Below are positions 8,137-18,013 of a DNA stretch of 64,000 nucleotides, piece by piece. A program made the position numbers and the translations under genes. Every line of letters begins with the position of its first letter. Position 1 is the first letter of the stretch. Source of the DNA: Clostridia bacterium (GTDB lineage: Bacteria > Bacillota > Clostridia > UBA1212 > UBA1255); the NCBI GenBank assembly GCA_017935905.1, contig JAGBGO010000009.1, positions 575 through 64,574 on the forward strand, in the 5' to 3' direction. The notes beneath the pieces were generated by a model that did not search any database, was not told the origin of the DNA, and worked only from the letters and a program-made list of their open reading frames with translations.

Positions 8137-10346
8137 AATTTCATCCTCCTTAATCTTAACGCGTTGCTGACAACGCAAACTGAACTGAGTGACATAGCAA
8201 CCCCTGCGAACATCGGATCCAGCAAAGGACCGCCAAATACGTGGAGCAAACCGGCTGCAATGGGAATGCCGATTACGTTATAGATAAACGCCCAGAACAA
8301 ATTCTGGTGAATATTTCGAATGGTAAGTTGACTGAGCCGCAGCATTTTACCAATTTCCCGCAAATCCGGCTTCATCAGTACCACGTCCCCGGAAGCTACC
8401 GCAATATCGCTTCCGGAACCCATAGCAACCCCTAAATCCGCGCAGGTCAGCGCCGGTGCATCGTTGATACCATCACCGCACATCAGCACCCGCTCCCCTG
8501 CTTCCTGCAGTTCCCGGATCGCATCTGTCTTTCCGGAGGGTAATACGCCGGAAATCACTTGGTCGATGCCCGTTTGCGCTGCGATATACCGGCAGGCCGG
8601 TTCACGGTCTCCGGAAAGCAGTACGATTTTCAACCCTTTTTTGTGCAAATCAGCAATGGCTTCCTTGCTGGATGCTCTGATTTCATCCCGAATTACAAAG
8701 GCACCGACAACTTCCTTGCCAACCGCCAAATAAACGGAGGTAGCACCAGTCTCTTCATAGGCATTCAGCTGGTTTTGGTAAAATGCCGCGTCATACCCTT
8801 GTTCTTCCATTAAGCGAAGATTTCCCGCAAACACGGGGGTGCCGTCTTCCAAAACGGCAGAAATGCCTCGACCGGGCAGATTTTCAAAGGAACCCACCTT
8901 TATATCTTCGATTGCCTCCAACGCTTGGGCGTAATTCACAACGGCCATTGCAAGCGGGTGATCCGATAAATTCTCCACCGCCATAGCAACCGCCAAAAGA
9001 GATGCCGTTTCTTCCTCTTTGCACAAAAACGACACGACCCGCGGCTTTCCTTCCGTTACCGTGCCGGTCTTATCCAGCACTACACAGGTAACGTGATGAG
9101 CAACTTCCAAAGCCTCTCCGCTGCGAATGAGAATGCCTCGGGACGCACCCAGACCTGTACCAACCATAATGGCAGTAGGAGTCGCCAGTCCAAGAGCACA
9201 AGGGCACGCAATCATCAAAACCGAAGCAAAGATGCCTAACGTGAAATACCAATTCGCACCTGAAATTTTCCAAATCACAGCCGAAAAAAGCGCAATACCC
9301 ATGACCACAGGCACAAAAACCCCGGCAACTTTGTCCGCAATCTTCGCAATCGGGGCTTTCTTTCCTTGGGCTTCCTCCACCAGACGAATCATCTTTGACA
9401 GCGTAGAGTCACTTTGCACACCGGTGACTTGAATTTCCAATGCACCGCTTTGATTTAAACTGCCGGCATAAACGGAGGATCCTTTATCTTTCTCCACCGG
9501 CAGACTTTCTCCCGTAAGCATAGACTCATCCACGCCGCTGTTTCCGGACAATACGAAGCCATCCAAAGGAATCCGCATACCGGGACGTACCAAAATGCGA
9601 TCGCCCACTGCAATTTGCTCTGTAGGCACTTCAATGGTCTCGCCACTTTCCGAAAGTTTCAGCGCCGTATCCGGTGCTAAGGCAGTCAATGCGTGAATCG
9701 CACTTTTGGTCTTCTCCACGCTGCGACTTTCCAAATATTTGCCCAACATTACAACGGTAAGCACGACGGCAGCAGACTCATAATACAAGTGGTGGCAATC
9801 CCCTTGCAACGTCATCACCACACTGTAAATAAATGCGCATCCGGAACCTACCGCAACCAACGAGTCCATGGTAGGGGCTCGGTGAAACAGCGCCTTCGTA
9901 CCGGAAATAAAAAATCCGCGGCCAAAAAAAAGTACCGGAAGCGTCAAAAACAGTTGTACCAAAGCAAACACGTAAGGATGACGCTCCATTTCCATAAATC
10001 CGGGAAGCGGAAGATCAAAAGGCAACATGTGCCCCATCGATACGTAAAGCAACAACAAGGCCGGAATGGCAGCGCCAATTAAATTGATCCGTGCCGTTCT
10101 TTGGCGGTTTTGTTCCTTCGTCTTTCGTTCCGGCACTTCCTTTTGAATGCCGAAGCCGGCTTTCCGCACTTTCTCCATAATTTGTTCAGGTTGTACTTGG
10201 TTTTCATCGTAGACGATGGTCAGCCGTTTGGTGGTTAAATTCACCGTACTTTCCTGAACACCGGGAAGACGACGTGTGACCCGCTCCACCGAAGCAGAGC
10301 AGGCCGCACACGTCATACCTTCCACAAAATAAACCTCTTTAATCAT
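8133..10346 (-). CDS. copA: Copper-translocating P1B-type ATPase
   Basis: N-terminal [39 protein letters not shown]...P and MxxSS. Confidence 0.95.
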   Translation of the reverse strand: MIKEVYFVEGMTCAACSASVERVTRRLPGVQESTVNLTTKRLTIVYDENQVQPEQIMEKVRKAGFGIQKEVPERKTKEQNRQRTARINLIGAAIPALLLLYVSMGHMLPFDLPLPGFMEMERHPYVFALVQLFLTLPVLFFGRGFFISGTKALFHRAPTMDSLVAVGSGCAFIYSVVMTLQGDCHHLYYESAAVVLTVVMLGKYLESRSVEKTKSAIHALTALAPDTALKLSESGETIEVPTEQIAVGDRILVRPGMRIPLDGFVLSGNSGVDESMLTGESLPVEKDKGSSVYAGSLNQSGALEIQVTGVQSDSTLSKMIRLVEEAQGKKAPIAKIADKVAGVFVPVVMGIALFSAVIWKISGANWYFTLGIFASVLMIACPCALGLATPTAIMVGTGLGASRGILIRSGEALEVAHHVTCVVLDKTGTVTEGKPRVVSFLCKEEETASLLAVAMAVENLSDHPLAMAVVNYAQALEAIEDIKVGSFENLPGRGISAVLEDGTPVFAGNLRLMEEQGYDAAFYQNQLNAYEETGATSVYLAVGKEVVGAFVIRDEIRASSKEAIADLHKKGLKIVLLSGDREPACRYIAAQTGIDQVISGVLPSGKTDAIRELQEAGERVLMCGDGINDAPALTCADLGVAMGSGSDIAVASGDVVLMKPDLREIGKMLRLSQLTIRNIHQNLFWAFIYNVIGIPIAAGLLHVFGGPLLDPMFAGVAMSLSSVCVVSNALRLRRMKL

Positions 10347-11227
10347 CCGTTCACACCCATCAAAATTTTGGCGAGTTCAGAGTCACTGCCCAAGATAACC
10401 GTCTTGTTCTCCCCTTGAAGAGATGCCTTCAAAGCGTCCAAAGACTTCATAAATACATAGAAATCTTGCTTATCCTTGGTATCGTACGCCTCTGCCAGCA
10501 TTTGCATATATTCTTTCTCGCCTTCCGCTACGATTTCTTCCGCTTTTGCTTCCGCGTCGGAAACAATAATATTGACTTCACGGTCTACGTCGTTCTTAAT
10601 CTTCTGGGCTTCCGCCTGGCCTTCTGCTACGTAAGTCTGCCGAATCTTCTCCCGCTCCGCAATCATACGCTCGTAAACGGCGGTTTCATTCTCAGAGGGC
10701 AGATCAAATCGTTTAATCTGTACGTCCGTAACTTCGATGCCGTAAGAACCGGTCAATTCTTTAACTTGTTCATAGACATTTTTATTTAGGTCGTTCTTGC
10801 CCGCGTTTTCAGAAAGTTGAATGATAGAATCCTGGGGCATGGTACCGATGATATTCTTAAGGGCGTTGTAGGTGGCCGCATCCAGACGGCTGCAAGCCTC
10901 TGAAGTGGTGCCAAGGGTCCGGTAAAATGTTAACGGATCCGAAATCTTCCACAGCACGTAACTGTCCACGCTCATGGCTTTGGAATCACTGGTCAGCACG
11001 TCAGAAGGTTGCAAATCGTACAGCTGGGTATTCTTCTTGTAAGTCTTAATTGTATCCACAAAAGGCAACTTAAAGTGAAGACCGGCATCTTCCGTAACGC
11101 CTACCACTTTCGAAAAACGAACCACCAATGCATATTCATCTTCATCTACGGTGTAACAGGACGCCCCCAGTGCGACAGCACCCAATAAAATTATAACTGC
11201 AATAATAATCGTAATGACTTTCTTCAT
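10343..11227 (-). CDS. hflC: HflC (SPFH/band-7 FtsH modulator)
   Basis: N-terminal [37 protein letters not shown]; start at MKKVIT. Confidence 0.9.
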   Translation of the reverse strand: MKKVITIIIAVIILLGAVALGASCYTVDEDEYALVVRFSKVVGVTEDAGLHFKLPFVDTIKTYKKNTQLYDLQPSDVLTSDSKAMSVDSYVLWKISDPLTFYRTLGTTSEACSRLDAATYNALKNIIGTMPQDSIIQLSENAGKNDLNKNVYEQVKELTGSYGIEVTDVQIKRFDLPSENETAVYERMIAEREKIRQTYVAEGQAEAQKIKNDVDREVNIIVSDAEAKAEEIVAEGEKEYMQMLAEAYDTKDKQDFYVFMKSLDALKASLQGENKTVILGSDSELAKILMGVNG

Positions 11228-11241
11228 TTCCGTTCCCCCTC

Positions 11242-12222
11242 TCACTTAAACGATTCCAACGGAAGTAAATTCTGCGTTCCGTTCTCATTGGTCATAATAA
11301 AAATCTTCACACCGGGCAGAATTTCTTCCACCATTTCATAGTACATCCGTTTCTTGGTGATTGTGGGATTTAACTGATACTCGCCGTACATCGCTTCAAA
11401 CATGGCGATCCGTTCTTTCGCTTCATTGATACGGTTTTGCTTTAAGAACTGGGCGTTTTGAAGCAGTTGGTCCGCCTGGGCTTCGGCTTTTGGAATTTCT
11501 GCATTCTTGTAGGCCTCCGCTTCGTTAATGGAAGTTTCTTTGCCCTGCTTGGCGGTTTCCACCGCTTTAAAGGCTTGAGCAACTGCATCCGTGGGCGCTT
11601 CAGCGTCCTGAATTTTGATACTTTCTAAGCTGATACCGATATCGTAAGCCGTAAGTTCATCCACCACTAAATCTTTGATTTCGCCTTGAATTTGACTCTT
11701 CTTGGTGGTCAATACGTCGTCTACTTGGTATGAACCCACTACGGTACGAATTTGGCTCTGCACCAGATTCTTCAAAATCTTCTCCGGTTGCAAAGACGAA
11801 TACAAATATTTCTCCGGATTGGCAATACGGTACTCCACAAAGAAATCTACGTTTACGATGTTGAAATCACCGGTAATCATCTTGCTTTCGTCATCGTGGG
11901 AAACCGTCGTACCGTCTTTCTGCGTGGTGAAACCGATTTCCACTTTTTGAATCACATTTACGTTCACTTTGCGCACTTGTTGAATGCCAAGGGGCGCCTT
12001 AAAATGCATACCGGCCTCCTCTACGACAGACGTTACTTTGCCGAAGGTGGTAACCACGGCACTTTCTTTCTCCTCTACGGTGTACCAACAAGTAGAGCCG
12101 ATCAAAATCGCAAGAACCACAAACAAAGCAATCCAAAGCACCAGTTTAAAGCGCTTGATCTGCTCCGGTGTAATCTTCTTGAAAGGATTCTCTACTACGG
12201 TGTAATGTGGTTTTTTCTCCAT
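11242..12222 (-). CDS. hflK: HflK (SPFH/band-7 FtsH modulator)
   Basis: TM, GMHFKAP, MITGDFNIVNV, IQDAEAP, AFKAVETA, YQLNPTITKKRMYYE. Confidence 0.9.
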   Translation of the reverse strand: MEKKPHYTVVENPFKKITPEQIKRFKLVLWIALFVVLAILIGSTCWYTVEEKESAVVTTFGKVTSVVEEAGMHFKAPLGIQQVRKVNVNVIQKVEIGFTTQKDGTTVSHDDESKMITGDFNIVNVDFFVEYRIANPEKYLYSSLQPEKILKNLVQSQIRTVVGSYQVDDVLTTKKSQIQGEIKDLVVDELTAYDIGISLESIKIQDAEAPTDAVAQAFKAVETAKQGKETSINEAEAYKNAEIPKAEAQADQLLQNAQFLKQNRINEAKERIAMFEAMYGEYQLNPTITKKRMYYEMVEEILPGVKIFIMTNENGTQNLLPLESFK

Positions 12223-12271
12223 AAAAAAGCCTCCTGTTTCCGTTCATATTGAGCGCTTTCGCGTTTCAAAT

Positions 12272-12300
12272 ATTATACAACAGAAACAAGAGAATTACAA
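12272..12300 (-). promoter_or_regulatory. sigma-A-type promoter for hflK
   Basis: TTGTAA, 17 bp, TATAAT. Confidence 0.6.
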
Positions 12301-12321
12301 CGAAAAACCGTTCATAAACTT

Positions 12322-13752
12322 TTATTTTTTATCCTCAATATCCTCAATCTTCACAGCGGAATTATGAGGGATGGGCTTCCACTCTACTTTGGTGAACATC
12401 GCAATAATATTCGTTAAGCGTCCGATGGCTTCGAACATAGGGAACGTGATACAATACCACACCTTTCGGTACCATTTAATCGGTTGAATTCGTCTGTGTT
12501 CAATAATGAATATATATACAGCCGTCCAGATGCTGTCTAAATACGAAGTAACCGTCCAACCAAAGGTAAAGAAGGACAACCACAAGCATTTTCCCAAAAT
12601 GCTCGTGGGAACAGGATTTAAGCCAATCCAATCGAAAATATCCTGAATCAATTCCGGTGCAAACCAGGATTTCACCGTCATACCGGCGCCCACGATCAAC
12701 GCGACCCGCAAACCGTACACGATCACTTTCTTAAAGAAAGAAACCAGCGACAGCGGGAATACGACAGTCAGCATATCAAAGCTCATAAAGCGCAAACGGA
12801 TATTGTTCACAAACTTCTTCCAAAGCGGAACAGTTTTGCCGTTTTTGTCAAACTTTTCCTTGTTTGCAGCACCGCCGGTATAGAAAATATGGGCAAACAA
12901 CTGAGGACCTGTTTCAACAAATGCCTGCAAATGACCTTTGGACCAACGAATACGCTGGCGCATGGCAATTTTCATATTCACCGGCTGTTCATCGTAGAAT
13001 TCCGCCGCATTATTATAAGAAATCTTATAGCCCTGGGCGACGGCATCGGCACAAAAAGCGCGATCTTCCGTCAGGCTGGTATAGTTCCATCCATTCGCTA
13101 TAATTTCATGGGTAAAAAGGAATCCGGTTCCTTGTATACGGGTTGCCAAACGGAACAGCGAGCGTGCCCGGTGCTCTTTACGAATGGTTCTCAGCCAGTG
13201 AATTCCGTAAGAAGCCGAAATCCAGTTGTCGTCAAAGTTTTTGGTATTTCGGTAAGAAGTGATAATCTTCTCTCCGGCGTCAAAGGACTCATTCATCCGG
13301 GTTATGTAATCACTTTTCAGCAAGTTATCCGCGTCAAATAAGAAATATCCTTCAAAACTGTCAATGCCGTAATCCTCCCGGATACGTTCTACCAAAAATT
13401 GGAGTGCAAAACCTTTCGTGCGATGTTCCTGATCGAACCGCTCGTAGCAAATCGCCCCCAGTTCTCGCGAAACCGCTGCGGTGCGGTCCGTACAGTTATC
13501 GGCCACAACGAAAATCGTCACCAATTCAGTGGGATAATCTTGTTTGCGGATACTTTCAATCAAGTTTCCGATAACGGCTTCTTCATTGCGTGCAGCCACC
13601 AAAACGGCATATTTATGTTGTTTCTTGGCAGGTTTAAAACGACGGGTGGCAAAAATACCCGTAATTTTATAAACGTCACGATAATCCCAAAATGAATAAA
13701 TCACTTCGGTAATCGCATTGATCATTTCAATAATTCGTTTGATGATCTGCAT
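12322..13752 (-). CDS. Membrane-bound processive family-2 glycosyltransferase (cellulose-synthase-like)
   Basis: AARNEE, VADNCTD, FDADN (DxD), TED and QRIRW motifs; several C-terminal TM segments. Confidence 0.88.
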   Translation of the reverse strand: MQIIKRIIEMINAITEVIYSFWDYRDVYKITGIFATRRFKPAKKQHKYAVLVAARNEEAVIGNLIESIRKQDYPTELVTIFVVADNCTDRTAAVSRELGAICYERFDQEHRTKGFALQFLVERIREDYGIDSFEGYFLFDADNLLKSDYITRMNESFDAGEKIITSYRNTKNFDDNWISASYGIHWLRTIRKEHRARSLFRLATRIQGTGFLFTHEIIANGWNYTSLTEDRAFCADAVAQGYKISYNNAAEFYDEQPVNMKIAMRQRIRWSKGHLQAFVETGPQLFAHIFYTGGAANKEKFDKNGKTVPLWKKFVNNIRLRFMSFDMLTVVFPLSLVSFFKKVIVYGLRVALIVGAGMTVKSWFAPELIQDIFDWIGLNPVPTSILGKCLWLSFFTFGWTVTSYLDSIWTAVYIFIIEHRRIQPIKWYRKVWYCITFPMFEAIGRLTNIIAMFTKVEWKPIPHNSAVKIEDIEDKK

Positions 13753-13796
13753 AAAAGTAGAGCCTTTCAATCAACATAAATCCTGCAATCCCGCAT

Positions 13797-13841
13797 ATTA
13801 TACTCTCATACTGGACAAAAATCAAATCCCGGTGCTATAAT
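13797..13841. promoter_or_regulatory. Overlapping divergent promoters for the GT2 (-) and DUF1624 (+) genes
   Basis: Minus: TTGATT (13825-13820), 17 bp, TATAAT (13802-13797). Plus: TGGACA (13812), 18 bp, TG-C-TATAAT (13836-13841). Confidence 0.55.
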
Positions 13842-13863
13842 ACCGCTGAAAGAAGGTGGATAC

Positions 13864-14565
13864 ATGGAAAAAGAGCGAATTTGGGAATTGGATTTTCTGC
13901 GGGGAATCTTTATTCTGTGTGTCATCATCATCCACGGCATCTTTGACGCGCAAGTTTTCTTAGATTGGGACTTCAATCCCCCTGCTGTTTATGATTTTAT
14001 TCAGTACAACGGCGGCATTCTTTTCATCTTACTTTCCGGCATTTGCATTACGTTGGGACGCCACTTTCTCAAACGGGGGGCCATTGTATTTGCGTGCGGT
14101 ATACTGGTGTCCGCCGTATTAAAAATCATGGTTCAACTGAATTTTATGGATGACTCCGCACTGATTTATTGGGGTATTCTGCATTTACTTGGTTTTTGCA
14201 TGCTGACTTACGTTTTTTTTAAACACTTCCCTACTTGGCTTTTGGGAATTTTTGGAGTCGCATTCATCGTTCTTGGTTTTTATATGGAAAGTCTGACACC
14301 GGATACGATGTGGCTTTGTCCCCTGGGTTTAATTCCCTATGGCTTTGCCACCGGCGACTTTTTCCCCATTTTCCCCTATTGGGGTTGGTTCATATTGGGC
14401 ATTGCGCTGGGACGGATTCTCTATAAAGAAAAGAAATCTTTACTGCCTAAATTCCCCTATCGAGCGTGGCCCATTCGTGCTATTTCCTTTTGCGGAAGGC
14501 ACTCGCTTTGGATTTACCTTGGACACCAGCCCATTTTGTACGGTATTATGATGTTATTTGCATAG
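13864..14565 (+). CDS. DUF1624 / heparan-alpha-glucosaminide N-acetyltransferase-like membrane protein
   Basis: RIWELDFLRG, FILLSG, WGILHLLG, DFFPIFPY, GRHSLWIYLGHQP. Confidence 0.82.
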   Translation: MEKERIWELDFLRGIFILCVIIIHGIFDAQVFLDWDFNPPAVYDFIQYNGGILFILLSGICITLGRHFLKRGAIVFACGILVSAVLKIMVQLNFMDDSALIYWGILHLLGFCMLTYVFFKHFPTWLLGIFGVAFIVLGFYMESLTPDTMWLCPLGLIPYGFATGDFFPIFPYWGWFILGIALGRILYKEKKSLLPKFPYRAWPIRAISFCGRHSLWIYLGHQPILYGIMMLFA

Positions 14566-17500
14566 TCTGGCAAAAATGCGCAAGTTCTTCTAAAACCTTT
14601 GTACTGTTTTGAATGCCTGCCCGGAGCAACAACGTTTCCGGGCTATTTTGGTCGTAAAATTCCACCAAAACGGGTCCTTGGAAGAACTTCACAAAAGCTT
14701 TTGCCTTAGGAAGCGCCACCCGCGGAATTTCAAAACGGGGATATTTGGTTTTTGCACCTTTGGTATCATTGTAGGCAAAGAACGCTTCAATGGGTTGAAT
14801 CTCATCCGGAAGAATTTTGGGACTGTCGTCTTCGCGCAAACTAAGCCGGCCCCGCACCACTACGATGCTTTCCGGCTGGAGCGCCTGAGAAACGCGGGTA
14901 AACACCTTCGGAAATACCAACAGTTCAAAGGATCCATATAAATCTTCCACGGTAACAAAGGCCATCATGGTGTTATTTTTCGTCGTTTTGCGCTTCACCT
15001 GGGTTACGACACCGGCGATCGTCACGTCCATATTATCCCGAATATCTTCTGAAAGATGGGCGCTGCCGCCTTCCGTTTCCGTCATCAGATCTGAAGAACG
15101 AAGGTTACATACACCTTGGAGTTTTTCCCGATACCCCTCTAAAGGATGTCCGGACAAATAAATCCCCAACACTTCCTTCTCCATAGAAAGGAGCGCAGCC
15201 TTCTCGTATTCCGGTTTTTCCGGAACTTCGGCTTCCGGCAAGGAATCCTCCGTATCCTCCAGCATTTCAAACAAAGACATCTGCCCCCGGGCCCGATTGC
15301 GGCTGGCATGAGACACACTGTCTAAAATTTCTTCATAGGATTCCATCAAGGCTCGGCGGGTATAGCCCATAGAAGCAAACGTGCCGGCTTTAATGAAGCT
15401 TTCCACACAGCGCTTATTGACTTCCGTTTCCTGAATACGCTCGCAGAAATCCCAGAAGGACTTGTACCGGCCCCCTGTCTTTCGCTGTGCAACAAGAGCT
15501 TCTACGGCCTTCACGCCTACGTTCTTAAGGGCGCCTAAGGCAAACACAATTTTGCCCTCCCGCACACAGAATTTGGCTTCACTTTCGTTAATATCCGGGG
15601 GCACGATTTCAATGCCCATCTGGTGACACTCCTGAATATACACGGCAATCTTCTCCGGGGTACCCATAAAGCTGTTCATGGTGGCCGCCATAAATTCAAC
15701 GGGATAATAGGTTTTGAGCCATGCGGTTTCATAGCCGACCACCGCGTAGCAAGCCGCATGGGCTTTATTAAAGGCGTAACTGGCAAAGTCGGTCATTTGG
15801 TCAAAAATGCCGTTGGCAACGTCTTCCGAAACGCCGTTCTTCTTGGCGCCTTCAATGAAATTCACCCGTTCTTTTGCCATGACGTCGTGCTTCTTCTTGG
15901 CCATCGCCCGGCGCACCAAATCAGACTGTCCCATGGTGTACCCTGCCAAGTCACGTACAATCTGCATAACTTGTTCCTGGTATACCATACAGCCATAGGT
16001 AACGTTCAAAATCGGCTCCAAAATCGGATGGGCGTAAGAAACAGAGGCCGGATTCTTTTTATTGGCAATATACTTCGGAATCTGGTCCATAGGTCCGGGT
16101 CGGTACAAAGCAATGCCTGCGATAATATCCTCCAGGTTATCCGGTCCCAATTCCATCATAAACCGGGTCATACCGGGACTTTCCAACTGGAAAATACCGG
16201 AAGTCTTACCGTCGCAAATGGTCTTAAAGACTTTAGGATCATTCATCACCATATTGTCAAAATCCACGTGAACACCGTGAATTTTTTCCACCATAGCCAC
16301 CGTATCTTGAATTACCGTCAGGGTGCGAAGACCCAGGAAATCCACCTTCAAAAGACCGATTTTCTCCAAAGTGGTCATGGGAAATTGGGTTGCCACGGAA
16401 TCCCCGTTCTTATGCACCGGCACGTAGTCTGTAACAGGATCGCGGGTGAGTACAACGCCGGCTGCGTGGGTAGAACAATTTCGGGGCATCCCCTCCAATT
16501 GCATAGCGGTATCCAATAAATCTTTCACCGTAGCGTCGCTTTCATAGCGTGTACGCAGTTCCGGATTCACTTCCAAAGCGCCTTGAATCGTGGAGGCTTT
16601 CCCCGGCGCCATGGGAATCATCTTCGCAAGTTCATCCACCTGTCCGTACGGAATATCCAGCACACGACCCACGTCTCGAACGGAACCGCGAGCGGCCATA
16701 GTACCAAAGGTTACAATTTGCGCCACCCGGTCTTCTCCGTATTTGCGAATCACGTAGTCGATAACTTCTTTCCGCCGTTCATCGCTGAAATCCACGTCAA
16801 AGTCCGGCATACTGATCCGTTCCGGATTGAGGAACCGCTCAAAGGCCAAATTATATTTCAAAGAATCGATATTGGTAATCTTCAGGCAATAAGCAACCAA
16901 AGACCCTGCACCGGAACCACGTCCCGGGCCTACCGTAATGCCGTTATCTTTAGCAAATTTAATAAAGTCCCAAACAATTAAATAGTACTTGGCATATCCC
17001 ATGCCGCTGATAACGGAAAGTTCGTACTCCAGCCGCTCTGTTACTTCCGGAGGAAGGGTTTCGCCGTAGCGCACAGTCGCTCCGTCAAAGCATAATTTTC
17101 GCAAATAACTTTCAGCGTCGTAGCCCTCCGGAATACCGAAGTCCGGCAACACCGCACGACCGAATTCCAGTTCTACGTTACAGGCATCTGCAATTTTCAC
17201 CGTGTTGGCAGTGGCTTCCGGGCAGGCGGCAAAGGTGCGGGCCATATCATCGGGATCCCGTAAAAAGACGGTGTCCGTATTGAATTTCAAACGATCGGTG
17301 TCCGCATACTTCTTGCCGGTTTGCACACACACCAAAATATCTTGAGACCGTGCGTCTTCCGGGCGTACAAAGTGTACGTCATTGGTGGCAACCAAGGGAA
17401 TGCCCGTTTCTTTAGACATACGAATCAAGGCTTGGTTCACCAGAATCTGTTCTTCCAGACCATTATCTTGAATTTCCAAATAAAAGTTATCCGGACCGAA

Positions 17501-17995
17501 GATCGCATTAAATTCGTTTGCAAGGGTCTTCGCGCCCTCATAATCCCCGTTTAGGATTTTTTGAGGAATATCTCCACCCAGACAAGCTGAACAGCAAATA
17601 AGACCCTTTGCGTAGTTTCTGAGCAATTCCATATCCACACGGGGTTTATAATAGTAGCCGTCGGTGAACGCCGCCGATACAATCTTGATCAAATTGTGAT
17701 AGCCTTGATTGTCTTTGGCTAAGAGCAATAAATGCCCGTAGTCGTTGTCCATCCCCGGCACTTTGTCAAAGCGGGAACGCTTTGCCGTGTAGACTTCACA
17801 GCCCAAAATCGGCTTAATGCCCTCTTTCTTGCAGGCTTCATAGAAATCAATAACGCCGTACATTACACCGTGGTCTGTTACCGCAAGTGCAGTCATTCCC
17901 AGCTCTTTTGCGCGGGAAACTAATGCCGGAATGCGACAAGCGCCGTCCAACAAACTGTATTCCGTATGCACGTGAAGGTGTACGAAGTCTGCCAC
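14546..17995 (-). CDS. dnaE: DNA polymerase III alpha subunit (DnaE type)
   Basis: PHP domain HLHVHTEYS/TDHG, GPGRGSGAGS, PDFDVDF, KVDFLGL, YAFNKAH, C-terminal OB fold. Confidence 0.98.
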   Translation of the reverse strand: MADFVHLHVHTEYSLLDGACRIPALVSRAKELGMTALAVTDHGVMYGVIDFYEACKKEGIKPILGCEVYTAKRSRFDKVPGMDNDYGHLLLLAKDNQGYHNLIKIVSAAFTDGYYYKPRVDMELLRNYAKGLICCSACLGGDIPQKILNGDYEGAKTLANEFNAIFGPDNFYLEIQDNGLEEQILVNQALIRMSKETGIPLVATNDVHFVRPEDARSQDILVCVQTGKKYADTDRLKFNTDTVFLRDPDDMARTFAACPEATANTVKIADACNVELEFGRAVLPDFGIPEGYDAESYLRKLCFDGATVRYGETLPPEVTERLEYELSVISGMGYAKYYLIVWDFIKFAKDNGITVGPGRGSGAGSLVAYCLKITNIDSLKYNLAFERFLNPERISMPDFDVDFSDERRKEVIDYVIRKYGEDRVAQIVTFGTMAARGSVRDVGRVLDIPYGQVDELAKMIPMAPGKASTIQGALEVNPELRTRYESDATVKDLLDTAMQLEGMPRNCSTHAAGVVLTRDPVTDYVPVHKNGDSVATQFPMTTLEKIGLLKVDFLGLRTLTVIQDTVAMVEKIHGVHVDFDNMVMNDPKVFKTICDGKTSGIFQLESPGMTRFMMELGPDNLEDIIAGIALYRPGPMDQIPKYIANKKNPASVSYAHPILEPILNVTYGCMVYQEQVMQIVRDLAGYTMGQSDLVRRAMAKKKHDVMAKERVNFIEGAKKNGVSEDVANGIFDQMTDFASYAFNKAHAACYAVVGYETAWLKTYYPVEFMAATMNSFMGTPEKIAVYIQECHQMGIEIVPPDINESEAKFCVREGKIVFALGALKNVGVKAVEALVAQRKTGGRYKSFWDFCERIQETEVNKRCVESFIKAGTFASMGYTRRALMESYEEILDSVSHASRNRARGQMSLFEMLEDTEDSLPEAEVPEKPEYEKAALLSMEKEVLGIYLSGHPLEGYREKLQGVCNLRSSDLMTETEGGSAHLSEDIRDNMDVTIAGVVTQVKRKTTKNNTMMAFVTVEDLYGSFELLVFPKVFTRVSQALQPESIVVVRGRLSLREDDSPKILPDEIQPIEAFFAYNDTKGAKTKYPRFEIPRVALPKAKAFVKFFQGPVLVEFYDQNSPETLLLRAGIQNSTKVLEELAHFCQTMQITS

Positions 17996-18013
17996 GAACC
18001 TATGCTCCCTATC

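Noticed and set aside
15623-16519. 298-aa plus-strand ORF, and similar long ORFs at 6157-6822, 26929-27765, 30762-31574 and 48896-49699
   Set aside because: They lie antisense to well-supported genes, have no RBS or family motifs, and are the expected shadow frames.
14546-17995. Intein or split in dnaE
   Set aside because: The length (1149 aa) is normal, and there are no intein C/S...HN or LAGLIDADG motifs.
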